DNA from: Octopus sinensis
Lineage: Eukaryota
Length of the DNA: 64,000 nt
Assembly (NCBI RefSeq): GCF_006345805.1
Contig: NC_042998.1
Location: 19,778,001 to 19,842,000, forward strand
Direction: 5' to 3'
The notes below the pieces were generated by a model. That model was not told the origin of the DNA. It searched no databases and saw only the letters and a program-made list of their open reading frames with translations. The translations under genes and the position numbers were made by a program. Below are positions 10,818-24,112 of the stretch, one piece after another. Within the stretch, counting starts at the first letter, position 1; the number at the start of each line of letters is the position of its first letter.

Positions 10818-11917
10818 GTGTGTGCATATATATATATATGAGAAAACGATGTGTTTTAAATTTCTGAGCAAGAAATACGTAGAAATAGTACTACAGAATA
10901 ATGTCTATTTGCCAACCTAAGGTGGCAGCCCTGACTAGGGCAGTATTACTCCTTTTTCAGCCACAGGAAAACTTCTTTTCTAACTGGCTATCGACGCACA
11001 ACTGTGTCCTTATACCACGAACAAGGGAGCTAATGTCCCCACTTAGCCTTAAACAATACCTGCGGACCAGTGGTTTCTCGGTTATTTCCCTTCATCGGCA
11101 CAGGATAACCGTTGGCTAATGAGTGCAGCACTAGGCCTTCTTCGAGTTATATACTTTTAAAGTGACATACAGTGACTGATCTTGTAAGAAGAAAAACAAT
11201 TAGTTGTAGATTTCTGGTGTTTTCCTGAGGCTATGCCTAGTACAGGAGAATAGGCCGAACAGAACAAGTGTACTGCTAATGTATAAAGCAAGAATATGTG
11301 TTTCTTTAGCAAACTGATGAGACACCTTGTATGCTGTGCTCGTATTATTACTATGTGTATTGTTTATTTTGAAGAAAGGATTCCAAATCGAATTGTAAAT
11401 GGTATAGATTTTATTATTGAAATTGATTTCTTACTGTCTAAATTTTCCTGAAAATTGAAAAAGCGGTATTGTTGCTCGGAGGCATGATGGAAAATAATTA
11501 ACTATACAGAAGCTTCGAAATTGATTGAAAGTACCAAATGATGAGTTCATGTTATGGCTCACCAAATTGAATGAGAGAAGTGTATATTATTGGTGTTTTA
11601 ATTGTATTCCTGCTCTTCATAATTGATTGTTTTAGTTCCGTTCCAAGAATTGTGTAATAAAAGACAGAATATTAAAGAAAATAATATATATTGATAATTA
11701 AATGATTTTCGCATAAAAAAGGCTTTCTAAGGAACAATTATTAATAAATAGTAATGGCAATTTCATAACGGTATGGTTGATTCGTTTATATATTCGTATC
11801 GACCATAACAAATAGTAATTTAGATAATTTCTATTTTGCAAAAAATATATTTATACACAACTCTCTCACGCACATACATATATATGCACATATATTTTTG
11901 GTCTGTGTCTGACTACT

Positions 11918-11990
<73 letters not shown>

Positions 11991-12764
11991 CAGAGAGAGA
12001 GAGAGAGGGAGTGAAAAAGAGAGAGAGAAAGATTCTGTATATACAGACAGTGATCATAGCAGAAAAAGAAAATAATGTGCACGTTTACGGTTATTGTAAT
12101 ATGTTTTTCGATAGTGTTTCAGAGATGCCAATTCATTGCAATTGTCAGTGTCATCATAGGAATTATTTCAATGTTTAGTTATACATCTTCATGGAACACA
12201 CTGAGCTACCAGTGATGCCACCGACTTGAAATATTCGAACGTATCCGGTACCTACTGAAACAATCATTTGTAAGATTTTAGAAAGTCATTCTAAGATAAC
12301 TGATTATACATCAACACACCGTCTGCTTATACGTTCTCTTCATATGAAGGGTGCTACTTAAGAACATATATGGGAAATCAAAGCGTAGGAAAGAAAGGAA
12401 ATTCGCGAAGAGAAAGAAATGAGTATGCTTAGAGTTGTGAAAGAAAGAATTAAGCACTGAATGAACGAAAATTTAGCTATATGGAATAATAAAATATATG
12501 TTGCCTACATTGTACGTATTAGCTGGTGTTCTAACATACAATCGGCATTTTCTAAACATCTATGTTTATCCTTGACGTTATACAATATTAAATGTTTCCT
12601 GTGAGATGTTTAATTATTGCAAAGAAATTCCTGGCAGTATAACTGGAAATACATACCGATTGAATGAAATAATAAACTAGGCTACTATGAATTTTTCAGC
12701 TTCGTGTTTAGGAGTAGGAGTGGTAACATCTATACACATTGACTTATCAGTAATTTCACTCCTC

Positions 12765-13019
12765 AATCAATCAATTCAATGCGCTCTTTTAAAGCCTAGC
12801 CAGGCTCATGGGCCCGGTTTCCCGGTTTCAATGGCGTATGTGTTCCCCAGCTGGACGGGGCGCCAGTCTATCGCAGCGTTACTCAGGTTTGCCAGCGGAG
12901 TGGACTGGAGCAACGTGAAAGGAAGTGTTTGCTCAAGAACACAACGCGTCGCCCGGTCCAGGAATCGAACCCACAATCTTACAATCATGATGCTTAACCA
13001 CTAAGCCACGCGCCTCCAC
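12765..13019 (-). mobile_element. SINE family D (CORE-like central domain) with 13-bp TSD
   Basis: TSD AATTTCACTCCTC at 12752-12764 and 13020-13032; tRNA-like head GTGGAGGCGCGTGGCTTAGTGG; GTGTTCTTGAGCAAACACTT block resembling the CORE domain; (TTGA)n-like tail. Confidence 0.9.
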
Positions 13020-13738
13020 AATTTCACTCCTCGCTACTACCTTATTTCTATGTAGTATAGCTCTGTCACAGATTTGCCCGTCCCTGAATAGACTGGAGAT
13101 TTTTTCTTCTGCTGTTTACAGTTTACAACTGATAATGTTTTTTTGTATCTATACATAAAAACAGCTTCTTTGTTAATCTCTCAAATTAGGATATTCTTCC
13201 TTGTCTTGAAGACCACGGCTGCATCTAGAAAACTGATCTTGGTTAGATAAGTTAGTGCTATCGGTTATATGTTGACTGTGTTATTTTGAAAATGTTTAAA
13301 CGATTATTATTCAACGATTTTGCTTCAAAACATCAATGCTATAATCATACATAGACTTTGTATTGCCAGATCATCCACCCTGTATAAGGCTAAACTGGGA
13401 TGAAGCACGCTGTTCATGTATCCAGTTTGAAGAATCTAACGAAATTAGTGACACTAACTTCCACATATACTCCATGGATACGATCAACAGTGAGATGTCT
13501 TCCTACTTTGTCCAGTAGGAATAATTGTGAAACAGCAGATGTTTCTTGGGGTTCATATTGACTGTAGCATTACGGTCGATATTTCTGGTGAATAGTCAAC
13601 TAATGTTTATAGCTTCCAGGAGGAGGGGATTTTGTAGAGAACGGTAGAAATCTACGACACCGAATTGAATGAGTTTATATTTTGCTTTCGTTTCGATACT
13701 TTACGACCAGTTGATTCCAGTAATATTTCAATCCCATT

Positions 13739-13950
13739 AAGGCGGCGAGCTGGCAGAAACGTTAGCACGCCGGGCGAAATGCTTAGTGGTATTTCGTCAG
13801 TCTTAACTTTGTGATATCAAATTCCGTGTAGGTCGACATTGTATTTCATCCTTTCGGATTCGATAAATTAAGTACCAATTGCGTACCGGGGTCGATCTTA
13901 ATGACTGCCCCCACCTCTCCCAAAATTTCGGGTCTTGTGCCTAGAGTAGA
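13739..13950 (+). mobile_element. SINE family B2, full length, with 17-bp TSD
   Basis: AATATTTCAATCCCATT at 13722-13738 and 13950-13966. Confidence 0.92.
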
Positions 13951-14029
13951 ATATTTCAATCCCATTGAATCAGTCTTCCATGAAGAATACGCTTACTTGC
14001 AATTTCTATAACGGTGACGGAGGGATTGA

Positions 14030-14290
14030 TTAGCCTACGTTTATGTCTGTAGAGGGAGTTAGGATATTGCTGCAAATCGTGATGAACAATGGGTACACGG
14101 TGCTTGAAAGTTCTTTTTCGTGGGTCTGTTGGCAGCCTTTCCAACGCATACCCTTGCTGTTACAGTTCGTTCTCTTAATACGATGTGCTCAATAAAATTT
14201 AAGAGGGGATAATTGTATGTAATTTAACATCTCCAGCTATCTGTTTATTTGTCGGTAGGGTTATACTGAATTTGGGATAGAGGTGGTGAG
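14030..14290 (-). mobile_element. Possible highly degenerate RTE-like LINE 3' end
   Basis: One minus frame gives ...TDSWRC*I... followed by ...KAANRPTKKNFQAPCTHCSSRFAAIS, echoing the 'DRxxWR' and C-terminal 'CxxCxRxF' motifs of RTE ORFs; weak match. Confidence 0.3.
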
Positions 14291-14558
14291 TGGACGAGCA
14301 AACACCAAGAGTAACAATCAACTTTTTCGTTGAGGTGTTTGTGCTTCAAGAAACTTAAAGTTTCTTGGGTGTGGACAACGCCTGCACCATCAGTTAGTTA
14401 AGATTTAAAATGAAGAGAGTTTTAACCCAATTTAAATCGCATTCGAGGTCGGCGCAATCTGATGGTATCAAATTAGTTACTATACTACGAGATAGTGCGG
14501 TAGTGTGAATAATTATCCTTCTGCATTGAACAAAATGTTGCCAATATTCAGTCACCTT

Positions 14559-14797
14559 ACGGCGGCGAGCTGGCAAAAACGTTAGCACACCAGGCGAAAT
14601 GCTTACCGGTATTTCTTCTGCCATTACGTTCTGAGTTCAAATTCCGCCGAGGTCGACTGTGCCTTTCATCCTTTCGGGGTCGATAGATTAAGTAACAGTT
14701 ACGCACTGGGGTCAATTTAATCGACCTAATCTCTTTGTCTGTCCTTGTTTGTCTCCTCTGTGTTTAGCCCCTTTTAGGCAATAAAAAAATAAGAAAT
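14559..14797 (+). mobile_element. SINE family B1, full length, with 12-bp TSD
   Basis: AATATTCAGTCA at 14543-14554 and 14795-14806. Confidence 0.92.
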
Positions 14798-15730
14798 ATT
14801 CAGTCAGCTCTTGTGGGCAATATAAATCGAACTGATGAGTAAAGATTGCTACACATTCCCGTGAGCTGAAGTGGAAAATGGAGTACTATATCTAATCCCA
14901 GAACACATTATAAATTTCTTTAAAATATATCTTGATTATAACTCTAACGAAGCGGAGATAATCTCATGAATTAAACTTCTGCAAATTCAGTATAGAAAGA
15001 GTTTGGTTGTCGGAAGAGAATTGGATGTATACGTATGTTACAAATGCCCATCTGTATATGACTGCGATTGTCAACAATAAGGTGCAATTGCTGGAGTAGA
15101 TATTGAAAATCCTTTCAGTATCATCCTGTTTTATTGTATACATTCTTTTCACTCTTTCAATCCCATACACACGACAGGGTCTTTCATCGTTACTTTTCAC
15201 TTGTACTGAATAAATCAATATGGTTTTATATCTATAGATATTGTTATCTCTTCCTTCCATTATAACGTTGTGCGCAAGAATCGATAGATCCAGACAATAA
15301 GTATATCCCATTTTTCAGTTAGGTGATTTTACTATCTTCAGTGAAATTTTACTTGAAACTTCTTCAAGCTTTCATATATTGATATTCATTAAAATGCGAC
15401 CATAAATGTTATCGAGAAAAGTTTCCAGAATTCAGAATACACATTTCTACGCAAATATGCTAACACCAAAATTAACTATACCAAATGACTCAAGGTAATT
15501 TATGCACTTCAATGAAGATCACTAACAGTTGTTTCATAGGCCGTCAACTTTTACTTTTGTCCACACAATGAAATCACTCCAAGCATAAGAGGAAATACAA
15601 CAGAGGTTGTCAGCGGACCCCCCAAGAATCGCTACGGATACTAAAGGTTCTCTTGTCCGAGTGCATTAAAATTCTAACATTCCGCCACATTTCACTGGTT
15701 GCTATCAACTCTGGAAGCAATTTCAATAAA

Positions 15731-15923
15731 CCATGTATATATATGTATATATATATATATTATATATATATATATTATATATATATATATTATATATATA
15801 TATATATGTATGTGCGTGTGTGTGTGTACATATATACATATATACACACACATGCATATATATATATATAATATATATATGCACATATTTATATATATAT
15901 ATATATATAATATATATATATAT

Positions 15924-15968
<45 letters not shown>

Positions 15969-16045
15969 TTATATATATATATATACATATCTGTTTATAC
16001 ATATATGCATATATGTTTATATATATAGATATGCATATATATATG

Positions 16046-16094
<49 letters not shown>

Positions 16095-16110
16095 ATATAC
16101 GTATGTATGC
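15731..16110. repeat. (TA)n/(TG)n compound microsatellite
   Basis: Directly visible. Confidence 0.97.
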
Positions 16111-18446
16111 ATGTGTGTGTCTGTATTACATACATAGAAAACGTGAGGAAGGGAAAAAATATTCTTAAGATTATAAACCTGGAAAAATTACAGGAGAAAT
16201 TATTACACTTGAAAAAGCTCAGAACAACTTATGACATCTGGTAAAGTACAGAAAAAGAAAATTTTTACTTAAAATATTGCACCTAGGGATAAATTTTCAA
16301 ATAAAATAAATTCAGAAAATGTTTAGTTTTGTTAAAACTAAAAATTTTATTACAAGTTATTACTTCTGTTTGTTACTATTTCTCACGTGTATTAGAAATA
16401 AAGAAAAACTCAATTAAAATATTTTTGCACTTTAAAAATTTTGAGTGTGTTTGTGTGTGTATGTGTGTTCGCTTCTTTTGTTGTTTGTATCGTTGCCTTT
16501 TATATAGATTTTTAAAAATATCTTTTTATTTCATTTTTTCGAATCCGTTGAATTAGTTTGAAGCAAGTAACTAGTGATTAAGCTGCAATTCTTAATTACA
16601 TATACGATTTATTCTAGAGGATACTGAACAGATTCCATGTGGGGATTCTTACTTGCGTTTGATGCAGAATGCTTTTTGAAATAAAGACTGCATTCCATAT
16701 AATTCTAAAGACTCAATTAAGATATTTCATATATATGTGTTCGTTAAATTGAAGATGTAATTAAACACTAACTATACCAATGGAGTCATCATGTTATTGG
16801 CAAAATTGCTCTTATCACACGATCGAAAGTTTTTCCCCGCATAATGAGTGTAGGATTTACTTTCTGTTTATTCACTACAAATTATGGCCATTTGTCTACT
16901 TGTGTGTGAAATCTCATTAATATCGGAGAACTTTATTTTTCCCCTTTGATTTACACGTGGCCAACCATAACTTGGGAATTGGAACATATGTTTTTTGTTT
17001 ATCAGCTGTATCACTAGGAATCAAAAATTTATCTGTATTTTACAACTTTGGTTTTTTTCATTCCAAAAAAAAAATCTTTCTGTATCAATTCAGTCTCATG
17101 AAAATACTAAAAGGTTTGTTTTTGTTTACCTCGGAGGCTTTTGAACATCAGCTGCTTTACATAATGATGTGGGAAACCTTCACAGTAGCACTTAAATTAT
17201 TTTCGGATCGAAAAAAAAAAATGAGTCTCCCCAGGGTATTCTTTATAGAAACAGGTATTAATGACTTTTCATTGTTTCTTTGAATTGGAAACCTTTGCAA
17301 AAAAATAAGTTCAGTTTCAGCAGGGTGTCAAATATCCGACATTGCGAGAGACTTGGCGTTTTTAAATGTATGAAAGATATTGTACACTTCTCCACAAGAG
17401 ACCATTAAGAAATACGTATGTAGACATTTAGCGAAAGCCAGGCGTGTGTGCCCTGTGACTATCATAGATGTTGGACTCTGTAATTTTTCATACCTCCCAT
17501 GGTGACTGAGATAATCTACTATAATAATACCCTTGTGTTTATGAATAATGTTAGTATCATATAGAATTCATACTCCTGCGAATATCAAAGCTATGTATTT
17601 AACTCAAACCGTGACATTATGACATATTGTTTAAAATTGAAAATATAGCTCTCTGTATAAGAGGAAAATATCTGACAAATGATGTACAAAACAAATTATT
17701 TTCGTTTGAAAGTTTATGAGTAACTAACGCATCGACATCTGTTCACGATGGTAATGCAAATGTAGTGAGAATAGACACGCTGACTAAATGCAGAATACCG
17801 TGTTTAGTAAATGTGATATCGTATTTATAAATGTAGCAATGATTTCAAAGAGAATGAGATTTCTGTTATCTATTAATTCACCTAGTATTTGTTTTAATTT
17901 TTCCATGTAAAAATTGATGCAATCTATGAAAAGCGTACCATATTTGATACGTGAATGAGTTGATATGGATTTAGTTAAAAACATTAAATATTTCGTCTTA
18001 GACGTTATAGATAATATAAACGATCTACGCATGGAAAGAAGACTTACAAATATATGATATCGAAACGGCAGTTAATAGTTAAGGTTTTGTGCTACGAATA
18101 TAATTCTGTGAATGTAGGAAAAAGATCTCCGTCACCCGTAGTCGATTTTATTTATGCTGTATACGCAAATTCATCGAATACGCCAATACATTTACTTTAG
18201 ATTTACAGTTGTTTCTGTTATCCTTGTTTGTATGTGAATGTGTGTGTCTTCGGGTAGTTGTGTTTGTATGTATCTGTTAGTGTGGGTGTGAAATATAGTG
18301 TTGCAAGTTTGTAGAACAGCATTAGAATATGGCAAACCAGGAATATCTCTGTACATATAACCACTGGCATAATCTTTCAGATTATATTATAATGCATAAA
18401 TGTATTGCTGTTATATAATTCGCAATCAGCCCTGATTTGGGAAATC

Positions 18447-18642
18447 TGGTATGTGGACACCCCCAGACGATGAAGTAGGCTAGCCCAATACGTACATATA
18501 AAGGGAGAAACCTAGACGTCAGCACAGCTGAGAGTAGTAGAGGGTCAAGTTGAGTAGTAGAGGCATCCGGACTTTGCGATATAACAGTGGAGACGAGGAT
18601 TCCGTAGTTCACACAGCCATTGTGTAGTACTGCGACATAACA
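18447..18642 (+). mobile_element. Internally deleted Gypsy-type LTR element: 5' LTR, PBS and last bases of the 3' LTR
   Basis: LTR 18447-18586 is homologous to 38711-38872; TGGAGACGAGGAT at 18588-18600 matches 12/13 to the complement of the tRNA-Ser(GCU) 3' end; a second ...GCGACATAACA end at 18642; 5-bp TSD AAATC (18442-18446, 18643-18647). Confidence 0.8.
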
Positions 18643-19474
18643 AAATCAAAGACAAAATGCGTTCCGTCCGTGACCATTTGGTATTTTTCTATATTTAGAA
18701 CTACTTTCTGTAAAGTTTCCTTCTCTTGAAATGCAAGGGTGTGATCTGACAGTGATGAAGCTACTATTTCTAATCAATCAACAATCGATATAGAAGCTCC
18801 GTTATTGGTTTGCCATATATAATTCCATGCAATGTAACTAAGCAGTAATAATTTAACTGAATAGCCCCAGCTATGGTATTAACTAATATTCGACCAAAAT
18901 ATTCGCACTTGATGTGTCTTACTCTATTTCGAGAAGTGCCTTTATTCTATTTCGTTAAAATTCTTTTATGATCTTTTACGCTCTGAGACCAAATAACAAA
19001 TCTCCCATTGACTCTTATCCCCATATTGTTGATCAAATATGCACCAGGTATGTACTAAAATACATTCTCTCCCATTTATCTTATCACGAGAAACATTGAA
19101 GGTGTGGCCAAGAGCTAATGCAAGATATCCAAATGTTTACTAAATCTGTACATGGCAAAATTGATCAAGATAAAGAGGTAATACTCTGTAATCTAGCCTC
19201 TTTTGTTACAGATCTGACATTCCGTGATGTAAACAATGCGTGGATATACATGCATATATAAAACTAACGTACTAACCGAACTTTGTCAGTAAATATTCGT
19301 GTACCTATTGCACTTAGGGGAGTTGCGATCAACAAAATCTAACGTAAGTACAAGGTAATACACTTACGATCATAAGCGGATACTGGAATATAATTGAAAA
19401 TGTATTGATTAATACGTGCATACTTGCATACATAACTCTAGACAGGCACACAGACAAACTGACACACAGATATG

Positions 19475-19867
19475 TTTCTTTATTAGCCACACAGGGTTGA
19501 ACACAGACGGGACACATTACAAAGTAGAGCATTTCTTTTGGGGGAGGTAAAAAAAAGTGGGGTACGTTTTCGATCAAAAGGGATCGTAACAAAGGGGAAA
19601 AAAGCGATGAATAGGGATCGTGTATCACAGAAATATCATGAGGTAAAGTGTAAAGGGGGAAACAGATAAGGTTTATTCGTGGAAAGAGAAGCCTTCGGAA
19701 AAGACCGCGGTAACCTCGGTCAATAATGTCACATGTTAACATATTTATTTGCAAGTAAGTAACTCTCTGTTTTAAAATTTTCCTGGTTTCATAGGATCAT
19801 GCTCAAGGTGGCTTCGTCATTCATGCGTGCCATCCTTGCTACATTCACCCATCTTTATTTGAAACGC
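19475..19867 (-). mobile_element. L1/Tx1-like LINE 3' end
   Basis: Minus frame RFK*RWVNVARMARMNDEATLSMIL* (FxxRW-type terminal motif), then a 3' UTR ending ...GTGTGGCTAATAAAGAAA; a second copy lies at 47837-47955. Confidence 0.65.
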
Positions 19868-19871
19868 AGAT

Positions 19872-19904
<33 letters not shown>

Positions 19905-20854
19905 TATAGATAGATGGATGGATGGATGGATAAATGGATAGATGGATGGATGGATGGATCTATCGATTGATCGATAATCCCGCTCATTAATCACATACCA
20001 AAAGGTTTCAGTCAATAAACTCTACTATAAGACCAAATTAGTCGATTTCAATGTCATAGTATCACGACTGAATATCAAACTTCTTTCAAATAGCCTGAGT
20101 AAACGAATCTTTAGCAATTATTGCATACTATGTACATTTTGTTCATATTAATTCTATTGAATATGATATTCAAAATGAAATAATGGTTAAACATTTAACA
20201 TCAGTTTTTCAAGTACGAGGTTCTTACTTTGGACGGTAACCGAATTTCTGTGAATGTTTTCTCATTCTTTTCACTATTTACGGATGATGCAAAATTTTAC
20301 GAGTGGACTTATATTTAGAAGCTACAGAGGAAAAACAAATGAGAAAAAAAAAGACAACTAAAACATGTAAAACCCATAGTCTGGCGTTCGACTGACGTCA
20401 AAGTTATTTTGCCCACCGTATGTGTTATTTACTATTTTTATAATAGAATTGAAAGAACGAAATGCGATAAGTGAAAAGGAAACGAACATTAACTGTTCAC
20501 AACAAATGTGTAAAGTCACGCTTTCCTCTTAACTAGTTGGCTGAAAAAGAGATTTGGTGAAACTACCACTGTTGATTAAGTGGAAGATTAGAAGAGAGAA
20601 GACATAAGAAGAGCAAAAATACTGAAAACATTCTGCGAAAAAAAAAAAATATATATATATTGGAAAAGCTGGAGAAAGAAGAAAAAAGGAAATGCTACTT
20701 GAAATGAGGATTGTATTTGACAGGTTGTCTGTACAACAACTGTCAAATTTAGAAGGAAACGGTAAAGATATATTTAAAACTAACAGCAGAGAAACAGAAA
20801 TCTTAATAGATATTGTTGTGTACTGGTCATGTGGATCGATAGAATAATGTTCTG

Positions 20855-20859
<5 letters not shown>

Positions 20860-20890
<31 letters not shown>

Positions 20891-21166
20891 ACACATGCAC
20901 ACCCATACACACACAAGCGCACACATACTCTCAGTATTACTGATGTATATATATATATATATATATACATACACACACACACACACATATATATATATAA
21001 TATATATATATATAATCTTGTATACACATATTAGTATGTGCGTAAGAGAGCACGAATTACATCATGTGTACGCGCGAGAGAGCATCTGTGTGCGTATATA
21101 TGCACATATCTATACATATATAAGTATATATATATATATACATACATATATATATATGCATATATA

Positions 21167-21228
<62 letters not shown>

Positions 21229-21263
21229 GCATACACACACACACGTTATATGTGTGTGTGTGT

Positions 21264-21303
<40 letters not shown>

Positions 21304-21330
21304 TGAGTGCGTGTGTACATATATATTTAT
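20860..21330. repeat. (CA)n/(TA)n/(TG)n compound microsatellite block
   Basis: Directly visible. Confidence 0.95.
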
Positions 21331-21656
21331 ATATTGCTGTAAGTGAAGGTATTCTCTGACAAATACACCGAACTCAATCAACCTACCATGGCAGAAAAAT
21401 ACTATGCTGTCATGTTTTAACGTCAATGACTAAAAAGAAACGAATACATATATCCCAGAGTGTGTTGTGTGTCAACATTTTTTCTTTTGCCTTCAGAAAA
21501 GGAACGTACGTTATGTAGGAGAATAAGCGAACATGAGGTTGTATGTGTAATTTCTTGTACTAAAGGCATTACATATGTTTGACTTTCCCATGTAAACATG
21601 TTTTTTGAAAATATGAAATTTTAGGTAAATAATTTCATACATCAATAATATTGAGA

Positions 21657-21709
<53 letters not shown>

Positions 21710-21712
<3 letters not shown>

Positions 21713-21997
21713 GAGGCACATGGCCTAGTGGTTAGGGAAGCGGACTCGCGGTCGAGGTATCGCGGGTTCGAATCCCAGATGTGCGTGTTTATGAGCGAAA
21801 CACCTAAGCTCCATGCGGCTCCAGCAGATGGTGATGGCGACCATCTGCTGACTCTTTCGCCACAACTTTCTCTCACTCTTTCCTCCTGCATTTTGCAGTT
21901 CACCTGTGACGGACAGGAGTCCCGTCCAGGTGGGGAATCAAGGAAACTGAGAAACTATCCCTTATGAACCAGGCGTGGCTCCAGAAGGAACAAACAA
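21710..21997 (+). mobile_element. SINE family C, tail type 2 (C head, D-like 3' part)
   Basis: Head as at 10817-10750; 3' part GACGGACAGGAGTCCCGTCCAGGTGGGGAA...GGAAAC resembles the family D 3' part. Confidence 0.8.
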
Positions 21998-22905
21998 TCA
22001 TGTATGTATATACATCCGTGCATATACGATGGTATATATATATATATATATGTGTGTGTATATACATATATAAATGCACGCACACACACTAGCACATACA
22101 TCCTTATATAAACATAAATATATTTGTTACATATGCGAATCTGTATGAAAGAGCGAGTGTGTGTATATATCTAAATATATGTATGCATGAATTGTATGCA
22201 CATCTGTGTGCATACCTGTTTTAGTGTATGTGTCCGCTAATGGGTGCATGTGTATGTGCGTATCTATGTTTGTAAGTACGTGCATGTCTATATGGTTAAG
22301 TTGTGATCTTGGTAACCACGGGTGCACCTTCTCCCGCCCCAATCCGTGATACCTTGGATTAAGCATTGGTTCCCTAACCGATTTCCGTCCACAAACACAT
22401 GATCCCGGGTTCAGTTCCAAATGCATGACTCCTTGGGCAAACCTTGTGAGTAAATTTGATTGACAGAAAATGAAAGAAGGCCGACGTATACACATACACA
22501 CTCCTATATGCGATGAGATTCATATTTTGTGGCGTATTTGATCTGTATACTGTATATACATTCATACGTGTGTGTGTGTTTCTGTGTGTGTGTATGTGTC
22601 TGTGTGTGTCTGTGTGTGTGGGTGTGTGTATGTGTGTGTGTCCTGTTTGAAACTCCAATGAAGCTAGAGTGCTTTACTCAAGCACTAAATTCTGAATCCA
22701 CTGAATGCTATAGCGGAAACGGCTGTTAGCTAATGATAAAGTCCTTGAAATCGCCGTTGTCCCTTGTCCTCTATTTTCTTATACATATAATAATATATTT
22801 GATTCTGTCTATTTCTTGACAAGGCAGGCTCACAATCTTTTCCGAGTAAATGTCTTCCATTAGTATTATTTGATGTGTCGATTTTGTTATTTTTTTAATA
22901 CGTAA

Positions 22906-23415
22906 CTAGCAGTATCGCCCGGCGTTGCTCGGGTTTGTAAGGGAAATAACTATATAAGCATTTTTAGAGAGTTACTTCCCTTATAGATGCCAATTCGGGC
23001 TTTCTTAGCCATTTCTGTTTTGGTGTCTTCAAGCCATGAAGTCGTTGTTCTAAAGGAACGCTGGTCTCCTTGACAACGCATTACGACGTTGATTTCTTTA
23101 CACTCCCTTCCCCACAGATTCACGAGGGAGGGAAGGGGGAGAAGCAAACAGGTGCAGCTGTGAGCGTGGACGCCAACTCCGCCGCCATTGACACACGAAA
23201 GATTATGCATTAAAATGGAATAAAAAATGATGTTAAATTATTTTAAAAATCGTAGACTCATCGTTGACGCGTGCTAATAGCCAGATGGGCTCGATATGAA
23301 TCACGACTATAAGATACCCGAATTTGGTTAAACTGCACCGCAAAATGTGGGAGGAGTTAGTAATCTAAATCGAAGGGGACAGACACTCACACAACTAGAG
23401 TTTTAAATATATAGA
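22906..23415 (-). mobile_element. Non-autonomous Helitron, 510 bp
   Basis: Minus strand starts TC(TATATAT) and ends with hairpin CCCGAGCAACGCCGGG 8 nt before CTAG; inserted between A and T with no TSD. Confidence 0.88.
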
Positions 23416-23959
23416 TATCGCCGTTGGAGATAAATCACTACGTCACTAAATTGATGGGAATGCTGCATTAAATGGAGTATTCTTGAATCATGTTTATTAT
23501 CATTACCATCCTTTAATATAATCTGTGTTTTTTATTACCTGAGAATTGTTTACGTAATGTCCCATTTTAAGAAAACATGCGCAATTAATTTTTGCAGTAT
23601 GAGATGGCAACTGTGATATCTTATACTTTCACATGCAGAACGGATGATATAATCTACTTCACCATATGGAGAAGTCAGTTAGATTTACTGACAGCTGATA
23701 GAGTCAAATCAGAAAATGGAAATGTCGCTGAATTCATCGAGATTGATTATTTATTAATAAATATTGGGGCCATACGCAGATATCTTTAATGGAAATCGCT
23801 AGTATGATTTATTGAAATAGAAAATTCTTATCTATAAATATTCACATATTAAAATGAATTCTCAACAAAATGTTCAGAGGAAAAAGGAAAAAAAAAATCG
23901 TTGTTTCTGAAACACACTCTGCCTCTCACATTTTGCCCCTATCCTCTTCATCAGCCTCA

Positions 23960-24062
23960 CTATCATCATCGTCGCCGTCGTCGTCGTCGTCGTCGTCATC
24001 ATTATCATCATCATCATCATCATCATCTTCATCATCATCATCATCATAATCATCTTCATCAT

Positions 24063-24103
<41 letters not shown>

Positions 24104-24109
24104 GCAGCA
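23960..24109. repeat. (CAT)n/(CGT)n/(CAG)n compound trinucleotide repeat
   Basis: Directly visible; it abuts the SINE at 24113. Confidence 0.97.
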
Positions 24110-24112
24110 CCA

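Noticed and set aside
14964-15311. 115-aa minus-strand ORF as a single-exon gene
   Set aside because: No recognisable motif; one ORF of this length is plausible by chance in ~40 kb of unique AT-rich DNA.
20393-20400. Isolated TGACGTCA (CRE)
   Set aside because: A single 8-mer without supporting promoter motifs; expected about once per window.
22390-22495. Degenerate SINE A head fragment
   Set aside because: Probably real but too short and deleted to bound reliably.
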